A stretch of DNA of 64,000 bases from Acidobacteriota bacterium (GTDB lineage Bacteria > Acidobacteriota > UBA890 > WLXD01), in assembly GCA_963666215.2 (NCBI GenBank), contig CAXWPL010000005.1, positions 1,472,001 to 1,536,000 on the forward strand, given 5' to 3'. Both the position numbers and the translations under genes were made by a program. Below, piece after piece: positions 52,914-61,683 of this stretch. The notes under the pieces were generated by a model. It had not been told where the DNA came from and did not search any database. It saw only the letters and a list, made by a program, of their open reading frames with translations. Every line of letters begins with the position of its first letter. The first letter of the stretch is position 1.

Positions 52914-53480
52914 TTGTACCAGACCCTGCTTCAGGATGCCAGTTTCTACGATCTACTGCTGCGACTCGACGAGGATCTAGCGGAGAAGACTCGCGCCCTA
53001 GGCTGCGAATGCGGTGGGCGTTTGCACCAGGCTCACTATCCACGTAAGCCTCGCGGAGGGCCCGAGGAGCTGCGCAGAAGGACCTCGTTGCGGCTGAGCT
53101 ATTGCTGCTCGGTGGAGGGGTGCCGTCGTCGTCAGACGCCTGCGTCCTTTCGTTTTCTGGGCCGGAAGGTGTACTTCAGCGTGTTGGTACTTCTGGTCCC
53201 AGTGCTGCGGGAAGGGGCCAAGGGAGAGCGGCTGCATCGTCTACAGGAATTGTTTCAGGTGAGCGCACGTACGGTGCGCCGATGGCAGAGATGGTGGCGA
53301 GAGGACTTCGGTCTCAGCCCGGTCATGACTCGCTTTCAAGGCTTTCATGCCGAGCCGATCCAGCGGCAAGACTTGCCGGGCTCTCTGCTCCTAGTCTTTC
53401 GTCAATTGTCGCCGGCAGGCGAGAGGGTGCTGGCGGTGATTCGCGCCCTATTGGTCGGGCCCTCTGTGCTAGCTGTGTGA
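52914..53480 (+). CDS. Cys/His-rich putative Zn-binding and HTH protein
   Basis: CECGGRLH, CCSVEGCRRR and VSARTVRRW; TTG start with AAGGAG RBS. Confidence 0.75.
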   Translation: MYQTLLQDASFYDLLLRLDEDLAEKTRALGCECGGRLHQAHYPRKPRGGPEELRRRTSLRLSYCCSVEGCRRRQTPASFRFLGRKVYFSVLVLLVPVLREGAKGERLHRLQELFQVSARTVRRWQRWWREDFGLSPVMTRFQGFHAEPIQRQDLPGSLLLVFRQLSPAGERVLAVIRALLVGPSVLAV

Positions 53481-54071
53481 GGGTCGCCGGAAACCCGCAG
53501 AAGATGCGTCTCGACTCGCCGAGAAGCGGGCCTTAAGGTCTCTGTTCTCGCCGCCGATTGAAGGAATCGGCGCCCAGGAGAGGGAGATGAGCCATCGAGC
53601 CTCGACGCAACAACGCTGGGCGCAGTTTCGCTTCAGTGTGGTGGGTGAGCTGTTGGCTGCGCCTCCCGCACCGGGACATCTGCAGGTGGAATTGTCTCGA
53701 CTCTCCCAGAAGTGTTGATGGCTGCGAGAAAGCGCATCCCGTTGGCTGCGAGCGCAGTTTCCGGGATGGAGTGAGCTGAGGGCTTCGCGACCGCGGGAAA
53801 GCTAGGCCTTCTTCAGGAAGGGCGGCATCATCCCGCCGGAACGGCGGTCCGGGTGCGTGGTCCCGGCGGCGTGTTTGCGGTCGGAAGAGATGCGTGAGTC
53901 GGTGTAGGGCTTTGCAGTGCGGGCTCTGCTCTGATAGAGCAGGCCGACCAGAGACGGCGAGAGCCCGGGAAAGCGAAGTAGAAAACGCCCCGGGCTCTGC
54001 CCCAAACCGCAGCATTAGCTGCGCTTGCAGTATGGCAGAGAGTCGGGGTCGTCGTCGAATGGGAGGCGACG

Positions 54072-54467
54072 ATGCGACCGGACTACCGACTCTTCGACTG
54101 TGCTCGATGCCGTCGGCGTATCTCGCTGTGCTCGCACTGTGACCGTGGCCAGCGTTACTGCCGGGCTTGTGCTCTGGTGGCTCGTCGGGAATCGACTCGG
54201 GCGGCCGGCCATCGGTACCAGCGAAGCCTCCGAGGTCGGCATTGTCATGCCGCCCGTCAGGCCCGCTACCGTCGGCGCCAGCGCGAGCGGGCAGAGAAAG
54301 TGACGCATCAGGGTACCCCAGGCGGTACTTCGGGGAGGACACTGTGTCGGATCGAGACTCCGAGGCGCGAAGTGCGCTACGACCCGAGGAATCCGCGATG
54401 CATGCAGTGTGGAGAGGCCTGCCGAGAGTTTGTGCGAACGAGCTTTCGTCGTTGCCGACGGAGATAG
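54072..54467 (+). CDS. Basic Cys-rich putative Zn-finger accessory protein
   Basis: CARC, CSHC, RYCRAC and CMQC motifs; stops 4 nt before istA. Confidence 0.7.
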   Translation: MRPDYRLFDCARCRRRISLCSHCDRGQRYCRACALVARRESTRAAGHRYQRSLRGRHCHAARQARYRRRQRERAEKVTHQGTPGGTSGRTLCRIETPRREVRYDPRNPRCMQCGEACREFVRTSFRRCRRR

Positions 54468-54471
54468 GGGC

Positions 54472-55980
54472 GTGATCGACGCACAGCTGCGCGGGGAGAT
54501 CCGTCGTCTGTTCCTGGTCGAGAAGTGGAAAGTCGGCACGATCGCTCGACAGCTACAGCTGCACCCCTCAACCGTGCGCCGGGCGCTGGAGAAGTCCGGC
54601 GTGCTACCCCAGCAGCGACGAGGGAGGATGATCGATCCTTACCTGCCGTTCATCGAGCAGGTGCTCGGGACCTACCCACGACTGCCGGCGAGCCGTCTCT
54701 ACACCATGGTGGTGGAGCGCGGCTATCCAGGAGGCCCGGATCAGTTTCGCCACCTGGTGGCCTCGATGCGACCGAAGCCCCAGCGCGAGGCGTTTCTCTC
54801 GCTGCGCATGCTGCCAGGAGAGCAGGCGCAGGTCGACTGGGGCCACTTCGGTCGGCTCCGCGTCGGCCGGGCACATCGTCGGCTCTATGCCTTCGTCTTC
54901 GTGCTGTCGTTCTCGCGCACGGTCTTCGTGCACTTCACCCTCGACACTCGTCTCGAAACCTTCTTGCACGCTCACCAGCTGGCCTTCCACTACGTCGACG
55001 GCGTCGTCAGGACCGTTCTGTACGACAACCTGCGAACCGCGGTGATCGAGCGGCAGGGAACCGCGGTGCGCTTCCATCCCGTGCTGCTCGATTTCGCCAG
55101 CCACTACGGCTTCCTTCCCACCGTCGCCGCGGTGGCTCGGGGAAATGAGAAAGGCCGCGTCGAGCGCGCAATCCGCTTCCTGCGAAGCTCGTTCTTCGGC
55201 GCCCGAACGGTGAGCGATTTGGATCGTCTGAATCGGCAGGTCCTGGAATGGTGCCAGAGGTCGCAGCGCAGACCCTGGCCGCAGGACCGACAGCGAACCG
55301 TGAAAAGCGCCCTGGCCCAGGAACGACCTCGACTGCTTGAGCTTCCCGGAGACGACTTCGAAACCGACCTGCGACTGGAGATCAAGGTCAGAAAGACGCC
55401 GATCGTGCGCTTCGACCTCAACGACTACTCGGTGCCGCACAGTCATGTGCAGAGGACCGTCACGCTCCTCGCCAGCGAGCATCGGGTGCGGATCCTCGAT
55501 GGCCAGGAGCTCCTCGCCGAGCACCCTCGCTCGTACTCCCGGGGCGAGCAGATCCTCGATCCTCAACACCTCGAGGAGCTCCTCGCTCACAAACGCAGGG
55601 CCCGACGACACCGGGGCTTCCATCGGCTGTTTTCCGCTGTGCCTCGATGCGAAGAGCTGATGCAGCAGCTCGCCGAGCGAGGCGAGAACCTCGGAACGCA
55701 GACCGCCGGCCTGCTCCGACTCCTGCGCCAGTACGGCCCCCAGCGACTCGACAAAGCCGTGCGCGAAGCGCTCCTGAACCACGCACCGCGATTCCAGTCC
55801 GTCCGGCTCCTACTCGAACGGCACCAGCGCGGCCTCGGTCAGCCCCCGGCTTTACCGGTGCCGCTCAGCCAGGAGCTCCAACAGCGAGATCTCTCCGTGA
55901 GACCGCACAACCTCGAGGACTACGACCAACTTGGAGGCAACGACGATGGCCCGACCCAGGAAGAGTCCAACGATCCCTGA
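54472..55980 (+). CDS. istA: IS21 transposase
   Basis: PGEQAQVDWG, YDN and KGRVER; N-terminal HTH. Confidence 0.93.
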   Translation: MIDAQLRGEIRRLFLVEKWKVGTIARQLQLHPSTVRRALEKSGVLPQQRRGRMIDPYLPFIEQVLGTYPRLPASRLYTMVVERGYPGGPDQFRHLVASMRPKPQREAFLSLRMLPGEQAQVDWGHFGRLRVGRAHRRLYAFVFVLSFSRTVFVHFTLDTRLETFLHAHQLAFHYVDGVVRTVLYDNLRTAVIERQGTAVRFHPVLLDFASHYGFLPTVAAVARGNEKGRVERAIRFLRSSFFGARTVSDLDRLNRQVLEWCQRSQRRPWPQDRQRTVKSALAQERPRLLELPGDDFETDLRLEIKVRKTPIVRFDLNDYSVPHSHVQRTVTLLASEHRVRILDGQELLAEHPRSYSRGEQILDPQHLEELLAHKRRARRHRGFHRLFSAVPRCEELMQQLAERGENLGTQTAGLLRLLRQYGPQRLDKAVREALLNHAPRFQSVRLLLERHQRGLGQPPALPVPLSQELQQRDLSVRPHNLEDYDQLGGNDDGPTQEESNDP

Positions 55981-56740
55981 CGAACCACTACGAGAGCTCG
56001 CCCGATCCCTCGGCTTCTACGCCCTCGTCGACGACTGGGGCACCTACCGAGAACAGCCCTGGCTCGAACAGCTGCTGCGCAAAGAAGAGGCCGAGCGCAA
56101 ACGGCGCAGCCTCGAACGGCGCATCCGCACCAGCCGCGTCGGGCTCTTCAAGAGCATCGCCGACTTCGACTTCTCCTGGCCCCAGCGCATCGACCGCGAG
56201 CAGATCCAGGATCTGCTCACCCTCCAATTCCTCGACGACATCACCAACGTCATCCTCCTCGGACCCAACGGTGTCGGCAAGACCATGATTGCCAAGAACC
56301 TCCTCTACCAGGCGCTGCAACGAGGGGCCACCGCCAGCTTCGTCACCGCCTCCGACATGCTCAACGATCTCGCCGTCCAGGAAACCCCCTCGGCGCTCCA
56401 GAGAAGGCTCTCCAAATACACCCGACCCTCGCTTTTGGCAATCGATGAGCTCGGCTATCTCTCCTACGACCACCGCCACGCGGATCTCCTCTTCGAGGTC
56501 GTCTCCAGGAGATACGGCAACAAGCCCATTCTTCTCACCACCAACAAGCCCTTCGCCGAATGGGCCGAGGTCTTTCCCAACGCCTCCTGCGTCGTCACTC
56601 TCGTCGATCGACTCACCCACCACGCCGAGATCGTCAAGATCGAGGCTAACTCCTATCGCCGCAAGGAGGCCAAGGAGGCTGCTGAAAAAAAGGCCAAGGA
56701 CCGCGCCAAAAGGCGGAGCGCAGCACGACGACGCTCATGA
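55946..56740 (+). CDS. istB: IS21 helper ATPase
   Basis: FDF, GPNGVGKT, IDELGY, TTN and DRLTHH. Confidence 0.95.
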   Translation: MARPRKSPTIPDEPLRELARSLGFYALVDDWGTYREQPWLEQLLRKEEAERKRRSLERRIRTSRVGLFKSIADFDFSWPQRIDREQIQDLLTLQFLDDITNVILLGPNGVGKTMIAKNLLYQALQRGATASFVTASDMLNDLAVQETPSALQRRLSKYTRPSLLAIDELGYLSYDHRHADLLFEVVSRRYGNKPILLTTNKPFAEWAEVFPNASCVVTLVDRLTHHAEIVKIEANSYRRKEAKEAAEKKAKDRAKRRSAARRRS

Positions 56741-57093
56741 CCCGAAGCCACTATCGGCGCCAGCTCCTCCGCCTCTATCGACTCCTTCCCGACACCCCGC
56801 ACCGCTTCCACCACGGCGACCGCGTCATCGTCGACCAGCTCTTCGACCAAGACCTGCCTCTCACCGTCCTCCAGGCCGCCCTCCTCCTCGGCTCCGCCCG
56901 ACGCGCATGCCGAGATCCGCGCCTACCAAAGCTCCAGCCCATCCGATCCCTCGCCTACTTTCTCCCCATCCTCCGAGAACTCCCCACGACGCCACCCCCC
57001 GAGGGGTACCTCGACTATCTGCGCCACACCCTGAGTCACGCCTCGCGGGGACAAAAAACCGACTCGCAGCCAACTAAGTGCGCTTTCTCGTAG
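56737..57093 (+). CDS. Small accessory protein (IRSLAYFLP motif)
   Basis: ATGA overlap with istB; homologous to 59242-59589. Confidence 0.8.
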   Translation: MTRSHYRRQLLRLYRLLPDTPHRFHHGDRVIVDQLFDQDLPLTVLQAALLLGSARRACRDPRLPKLQPIRSLAYFLPILRELPTTPPPEGYLDYLRHTLSHASRGQKTDSQPTKCAFS

Positions 57094-58403
57094 CCGGTAA
57101 CACAGAAGGCCTGGCGCCATCCGATCACGGAGAAGGCGGTGTACTTTGCCCGCTCGACGATTGAGCGTTGGTACTACACGGCCCTGGCCGGTCGCGATCC
57201 GATCGGGGCGCTACAACGCCGATCGAGAAGCGACAGCGGCCAAGCGCGCGCCATCCCAACCCGGATCGCCGAGCTGATCCACACGCAATACAAGGCCCAC
57301 CCGACGTGGAGCTACCAGCTCCATTGGGACAATCTGGACGTGGTGCTAAAAGAGCGACCGGAGCCAGGGAAGGTGCCTTCCTACTCCACCCTGCGCCGCT
57401 TCATGATCGCGCACGGTTGGCCCAAACAACGACGCACGAAGGGAAAGGATCGCAGCACTGCCTCCGGTGCCCCTGCGCGCGAGAAGCGCAGCTACGAAGC
57501 CGAGTACGTCAACGGGCTCTGGCACCTCGACTTCCACCACGGCTCGCGCAAGATCCCGAGCTCCGCAGGGACCTGGGAAGTACCGATGCTGCTGGCGATT
57601 CTCGACGATCACTCCCGGCTCACCTGCCATCTGCAGTGGTATCTGCACGAGACCGCCGAGTGTCTGATCCACGCTCTGATCCAAGCCTTCATCAAACGCG
57701 GACTGTGCCGCTCACTGCTCACCGATAACGGCAGCGCCATGATCGCCGACGAGACCACCGAGGGGCTCCTACGCCTCTCCGTCGTCCATCGCACCACATT
57801 GCCCCGGAGCCCCTATCAAAACGGGAAACAAGAAAACTTCTTCTCTCGAGTCGAATCCCGCCTCCTCGCCATGCTCGAAGGACACGCGGATCTCAATCTG
57901 GCATTGCTCAATGAGGCGACGCTGGCTTGGGTGGAGATGGAGTATCACCGCAGCGTCCATTCCGAGACCGGCCAGACGCCGCTCGACCGCTTTCTCGAGG
58001 GTCCCTCCGTCTCTCGGATCTGCCCCAGCCTGGACGAGCTGCGCTTCGCCTTCACCGCCGCTCGAAAGCGCACCCAGCGCCAAAGCGACGGCACCATCAG
58101 TCTTGACGGCACCCGTTTCGAGATCCCCTCTCGTTTCCATCATCTCAACCGGATCTCGGTGCGATACCAGAGCTGGGAGAAAAGCTCCGTCTTCATGGTC
58201 GACGAAAGCTCCGACGTCCCACTCGAGCGCCTCTACCCCATCGACAAGGCAAGAAACGCTTCCGGCATCCGCCGCCCGATCCAACCCCAGAGCACCGACG
58301 AGCCGACAGGCCCGGAGCCTGGCATCGCACCCCTACTCCGCAAACACATGGCGGAGTACGCCGCCACCGGGCTCCCGCCCGCCTACCTCAAAAAGGAGAC
58401 ACC

Positions 58404-59249
58404 GTGAACAACCAGAAACTACTGGCACTCTTCGGACTCAAATGGAACCCCTTTACCCCCAACATCCCCGTCGAAGCGCTGTGGCGACACCCGCATCTCG
58501 ACCACTTCTGCTGGCGCCTGGAGACCCTCGTCCACGACGGTGGCTTCGCATTGATCTCCGGTGATCCCGGCACCGGCAAGTCGGTCGCTCTACGCACCCT
58601 CGCTCACCACCTTCAACACCTGCCCGACCTGCGCACCGGAGTCCTCACGCGGCCACAGAGCAGTCTCGCCGACTTTTACCGTGAGCTCGGACAGCTCTTC
58701 GGGGTCCCGCTCAATCCACACAACCGATGGGCCGGATTCAAAGCCCTCCGACAGACCTGGCTCTCCCATGTCGATGCCACCCATCAAAGACCCGTACTCT
58801 TGATCGACGAAGCACAGGAGCTCGCCGCCAACGTGCTGGCCGAACTGCGCATCCTCGCCTCTGCGGACTTCGACTCACGCTCCATCCTCACCGTCGTCCT
58901 GTGCGGCGACTCCCGACTCACACAGCTCTTCCGACGAGACGATTTCCTACCCGTCGCCAGCCGCATCCGCGTACGCCTCCTCCTCCTCGACTACCTGCCC
59001 CCAGAGACGTTGGCCGAATGGCTCCAGCACTCCCTGACACAAGCCGGAAACCCCAGTCTCCTCGACCACGAGGTCATCACCACTCTCGCCGAGCACGCCG
59101 CCGGAAACCTCAGAGTACTCGCACACATGGCCAACGAGCTCCTCGCCATGGCCGCCAAAGAAGAGCTACCCAACATCGATCAGAAGCTCTACCTCGAGGT
59201 CTTCTCGCCACCTACCTCCCAGCGCTCTCCCAGGAAAGCCCGTGCCTGA
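58404..59249 (+). CDS. ExeA/TnsC-like AAA+ ATPase
   Basis: FGLKWNPF, GDPGTGKS, IDEAQ, SRI and GNLR; GTGA overlap with the transposase. Confidence 0.9.
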   Translation: MNNQKLLALFGLKWNPFTPNIPVEALWRHPHLDHFCWRLETLVHDGGFALISGDPGTGKSVALRTLAHHLQHLPDLRTGVLTRPQSSLADFYRELGQLFGVPLNPHNRWAGFKALRQTWLSHVDATHQRPVLLIDEAQELAANVLAELRILASADFDSRSILTVVLCGDSRLTQLFRRDDFLPVASRIRVRLLLLDYLPPETLAEWLQHSLTQAGNPSLLDHEVITTLAEHAAGNLRVLAHMANELLAMAAKEELPNIDQKLYLEVFSPPTSQRSPRKARA

Positions 59250-59589
59250 CTCCCCATCCGCCCAGCAACAACGACGGCACCTCCAGAGCGTCCTCGAGCT
59301 CTATCGACGACATCCCCAAACCACCGGACGAGTCAGAAACGCCGATCGCCGCCTCGCCGTAGACCTCTATCGAAACGGCGTTACCCTCGACACCATCAAC
59401 GCTGCCTTACTACTCGTCGCCGCCAGGAGATGCAACGAGGCACACACCACAACCCCCATCCAGAGTCTCCACTACTTCCTCCCCGTCATCCGAGAGATTC
59501 GCGATAGACCCCTCGATAACGGCTACCTCCGGTACCTTGAAACTCTCATCCGCGACAGCAGCCAAGACCCAGACCATCATTTACTGTGA
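59242..59589 (+). CDS. Small accessory protein (IQSLHYFLP motif)
   Basis: Overlaps the ATPase stop; homologous to 56737-57093. Confidence 0.8.
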   Translation: MPDSPSAQQQRRHLQSVLELYRRHPQTTGRVRNADRRLAVDLYRNGVTLDTINAALLLVAARRCNEAHTTTPIQSLHYFLPVIREIRDRPLDNGYLRYLETLIRDSSQDPDHHLL

Positions 59590-59929
59590 TCAGCCCGCCA
59601 TCGATTACCGTGATCACTCTCACACCTGCACCGCGCGAGAGAATCGTTCACCATATCATTCCTACCGATTCTCGCGGTAGATGAGGCCGACTGCCGTTCT
59701 GAGCGAACCTCCAGCGTCGACCCTGTCGGCAGACGAGTATTGAGGAGGCACAAGTTAGATATCGTAGCTCATGGCTCGGAGGCCTGAGCGAGACACGAAT
59801 TTTCACAGGAAAACCGGACCCGCTAAACGTAGCGGCCCAAAATGCACCTAGTCCTGGATTCCTTACCGCCGGGGCGTCCGCCGTCTTGACACTCCTTTCA
59901 AGATTCGGCAAATCTGGTGTCACACAGAC

Positions 59930-61683
59930 TTGATGAAGCTGCTCAAGGCCTCCTATCTCGCCCTCAAGGCTGCGGTGGCGCGCGTCACCAGTAATGACTC
60001 CGCGTATGCCATCTACGCTCTGGTAGTCATACTGTCGGTGCTTGCCGTGAAGTTGTGGCTTGCGTCGAGCGTCGAAGCTTCGGGCTTGTTTGCCGACGAC
60101 TACGACTACCTGAATAAGAGCGTCTCCTACGTTCGCGGAGATTTCGAATTCGCGGACTACCCCTTTTACAACCACGCGGCAGGCATCTTGTATCCGATCC
60201 TCATCTCGTTTTGGCAGCTGGTCTCCGCGCCCGAATGGCGGATGTTCGTGGTCATCGTTGTAAATGGGATCAGCGCTGGGATTGCGGGGCTCGCCATGTG
60301 TGCAACCGTAAAGAAGGTCACGCCGGTCCGTTCTCTGTGGCTACCGCTGGTCGTGGCGACGCTCCCCTGCGTCTTCGTCTTTTCGTTCTTTGCGCTCACC
60401 GAGAATCTCCTCTTCGCCGTCGTGGCCCTCGTCATGCTTCTGATGGTCCATGTTGAGTGTGCATTCGAGACGAAGTGGTGGATTCCACTGGTCGTCATTG
60501 GGGTCGCTGCCGCGCCACTGATACGCGCCCCGGGGCCTGGCCCTCTTGCCCGCCGTGTTGGTTGTATTCGTCCTGCAGCTCAAGCGTTGGGGTCGCGAGA
60601 AGGTTGCCGGCCTCAGCGTCGTAACCATCGTCGTAACCGGCGCCTTCTACGCGTTCCAGGTGAATGCTCTGCCGATGGCAAACGCCGTGTCGACCCGTGA
60701 AGCCTTGTACCTCCAGTCGTTGCCCGATCTGATCGACAGCCCAGCTGACCTCCTGACCCTCATCAAGATGGCTCTCAACCAGGGCACCTATCTGATGATC
60801 AGCACCGGGTTCCTCCCCGCCCTGTTCTTCGTCATGGGTGCGTGGACACGGGACAAGAGCGAGTCGGCCCATCTCCGGCGAGTGGTCGCGGCGTTTGCGG
60901 GAACGACCATCGCCGCATTCGTTGCCTTCGGGATGCTGCACCTGACCCGGAAGTTCGGTATGGACCCTGGGTCCGCAACATTCATCTACGGACGCTACAA
61001 CGACCCGGCGACGCTACCCTTGCTCGTGTCCGGCCTCACCGTGATGATGGGACGACGGGAGTTTTCGAAGCTCCAACAGATCTTCCTGCGGGTCGGAGCC
61101 CCGCTACTCATCGCCTTGGCGTTGGCCCGGGTGTTGGGATCGAGTTGGTGGTCAGTGAACTCCGCCGGGCTGCTGTTTCTCCCAAGTCGCGCGACGTATT
61201 CACTGTACGCCGTCCTTCCACTGCTGGTCGGAGTGGCCGTGTTTCTGCAGCTCCCGGTTCGCAAGCTCGTCAGGTTCGCGCTGCCGGCCATTGTTGTTCT
61301 CAGCGTGGTCGCCATCTGGAACGCGAACAAGCTGGTCCAGTATCGTTCGGAACGGATCGCTTACGCCACCGCAGGAGCGCGTTGGATACATGAAAACGTC
61401 GGAACGGACAGCTGCATAGGCGACGACATCCGCGTCTCACACAGTCCCGCTCCAGGGGCGCTCAAGAGCATGTGCAACGTAAACCGCGCCATGCGCTTTC
61501 TCACACACCCGATCCCCTACGAGACTTTTGATCCGGCCGGCGAGGAATTCCCCTGCCCGTACATCTACACGCTTACGACAGCGCTGCGCTATCGCCACTG
61601 GCAACCTGCGTGGGCGAACGACGACTACGTTCTGTATCGTATAGGAGGCGGCCTGGATCGTTCGCTGAACTTTCCAGACGAAC
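59930..61683 (+). pseudogene. Polytopic membrane protein (GT-C-like), frameshifted near 60540 and interrupted by IS30
   Basis: DDYDY loop, LYP, LTENL and GRY; many TM segments over two frames. Confidence 0.6.

Larger units (their letters stand above)
53713..57102 (+). mobile_element. IS21-family element with two accessory ORFs
   Basis: TIR TGTTGATGGCTGCGAGAAAGCGCA / TGCGCTTTCTCGTAGCCGGTAACA; 6-bp TSD CAGAAG. Confidence 0.93.
53587..58407 (+). pseudogene. Mu/TnsB-like DDE transposase interrupted by IS21 (codons 1-42 at 53587-53712, remainder 57109-58407)
   Basis: Frame restores on removing the IS21 and one TSD; WHLD, DDHSR, TDNGS, NGKQE and DGTISL. Confidence 0.88.
52668..59622 (+). mobile_element. 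Four-gene Mu/TnsB-like transposon (Cys-rich ORF, DDE, ExeA-like ATPase, small ORF)
   Basis: TIR TGAGAGTGATCA(G/C)GGTA..GATGG with repeated subterminal sites; CACCTG duplicated at 52662 and 59623. Confidence 0.85.
51419..59752 (+). mobile_element. rve-integrase-type IS (outermost layer of the nest)
   Basis: TIR TGTCGCTCCTCAAAAC / GTATTGAGGAGGCACA; the same ends form the MITE at 799-919. Confidence 0.75.
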
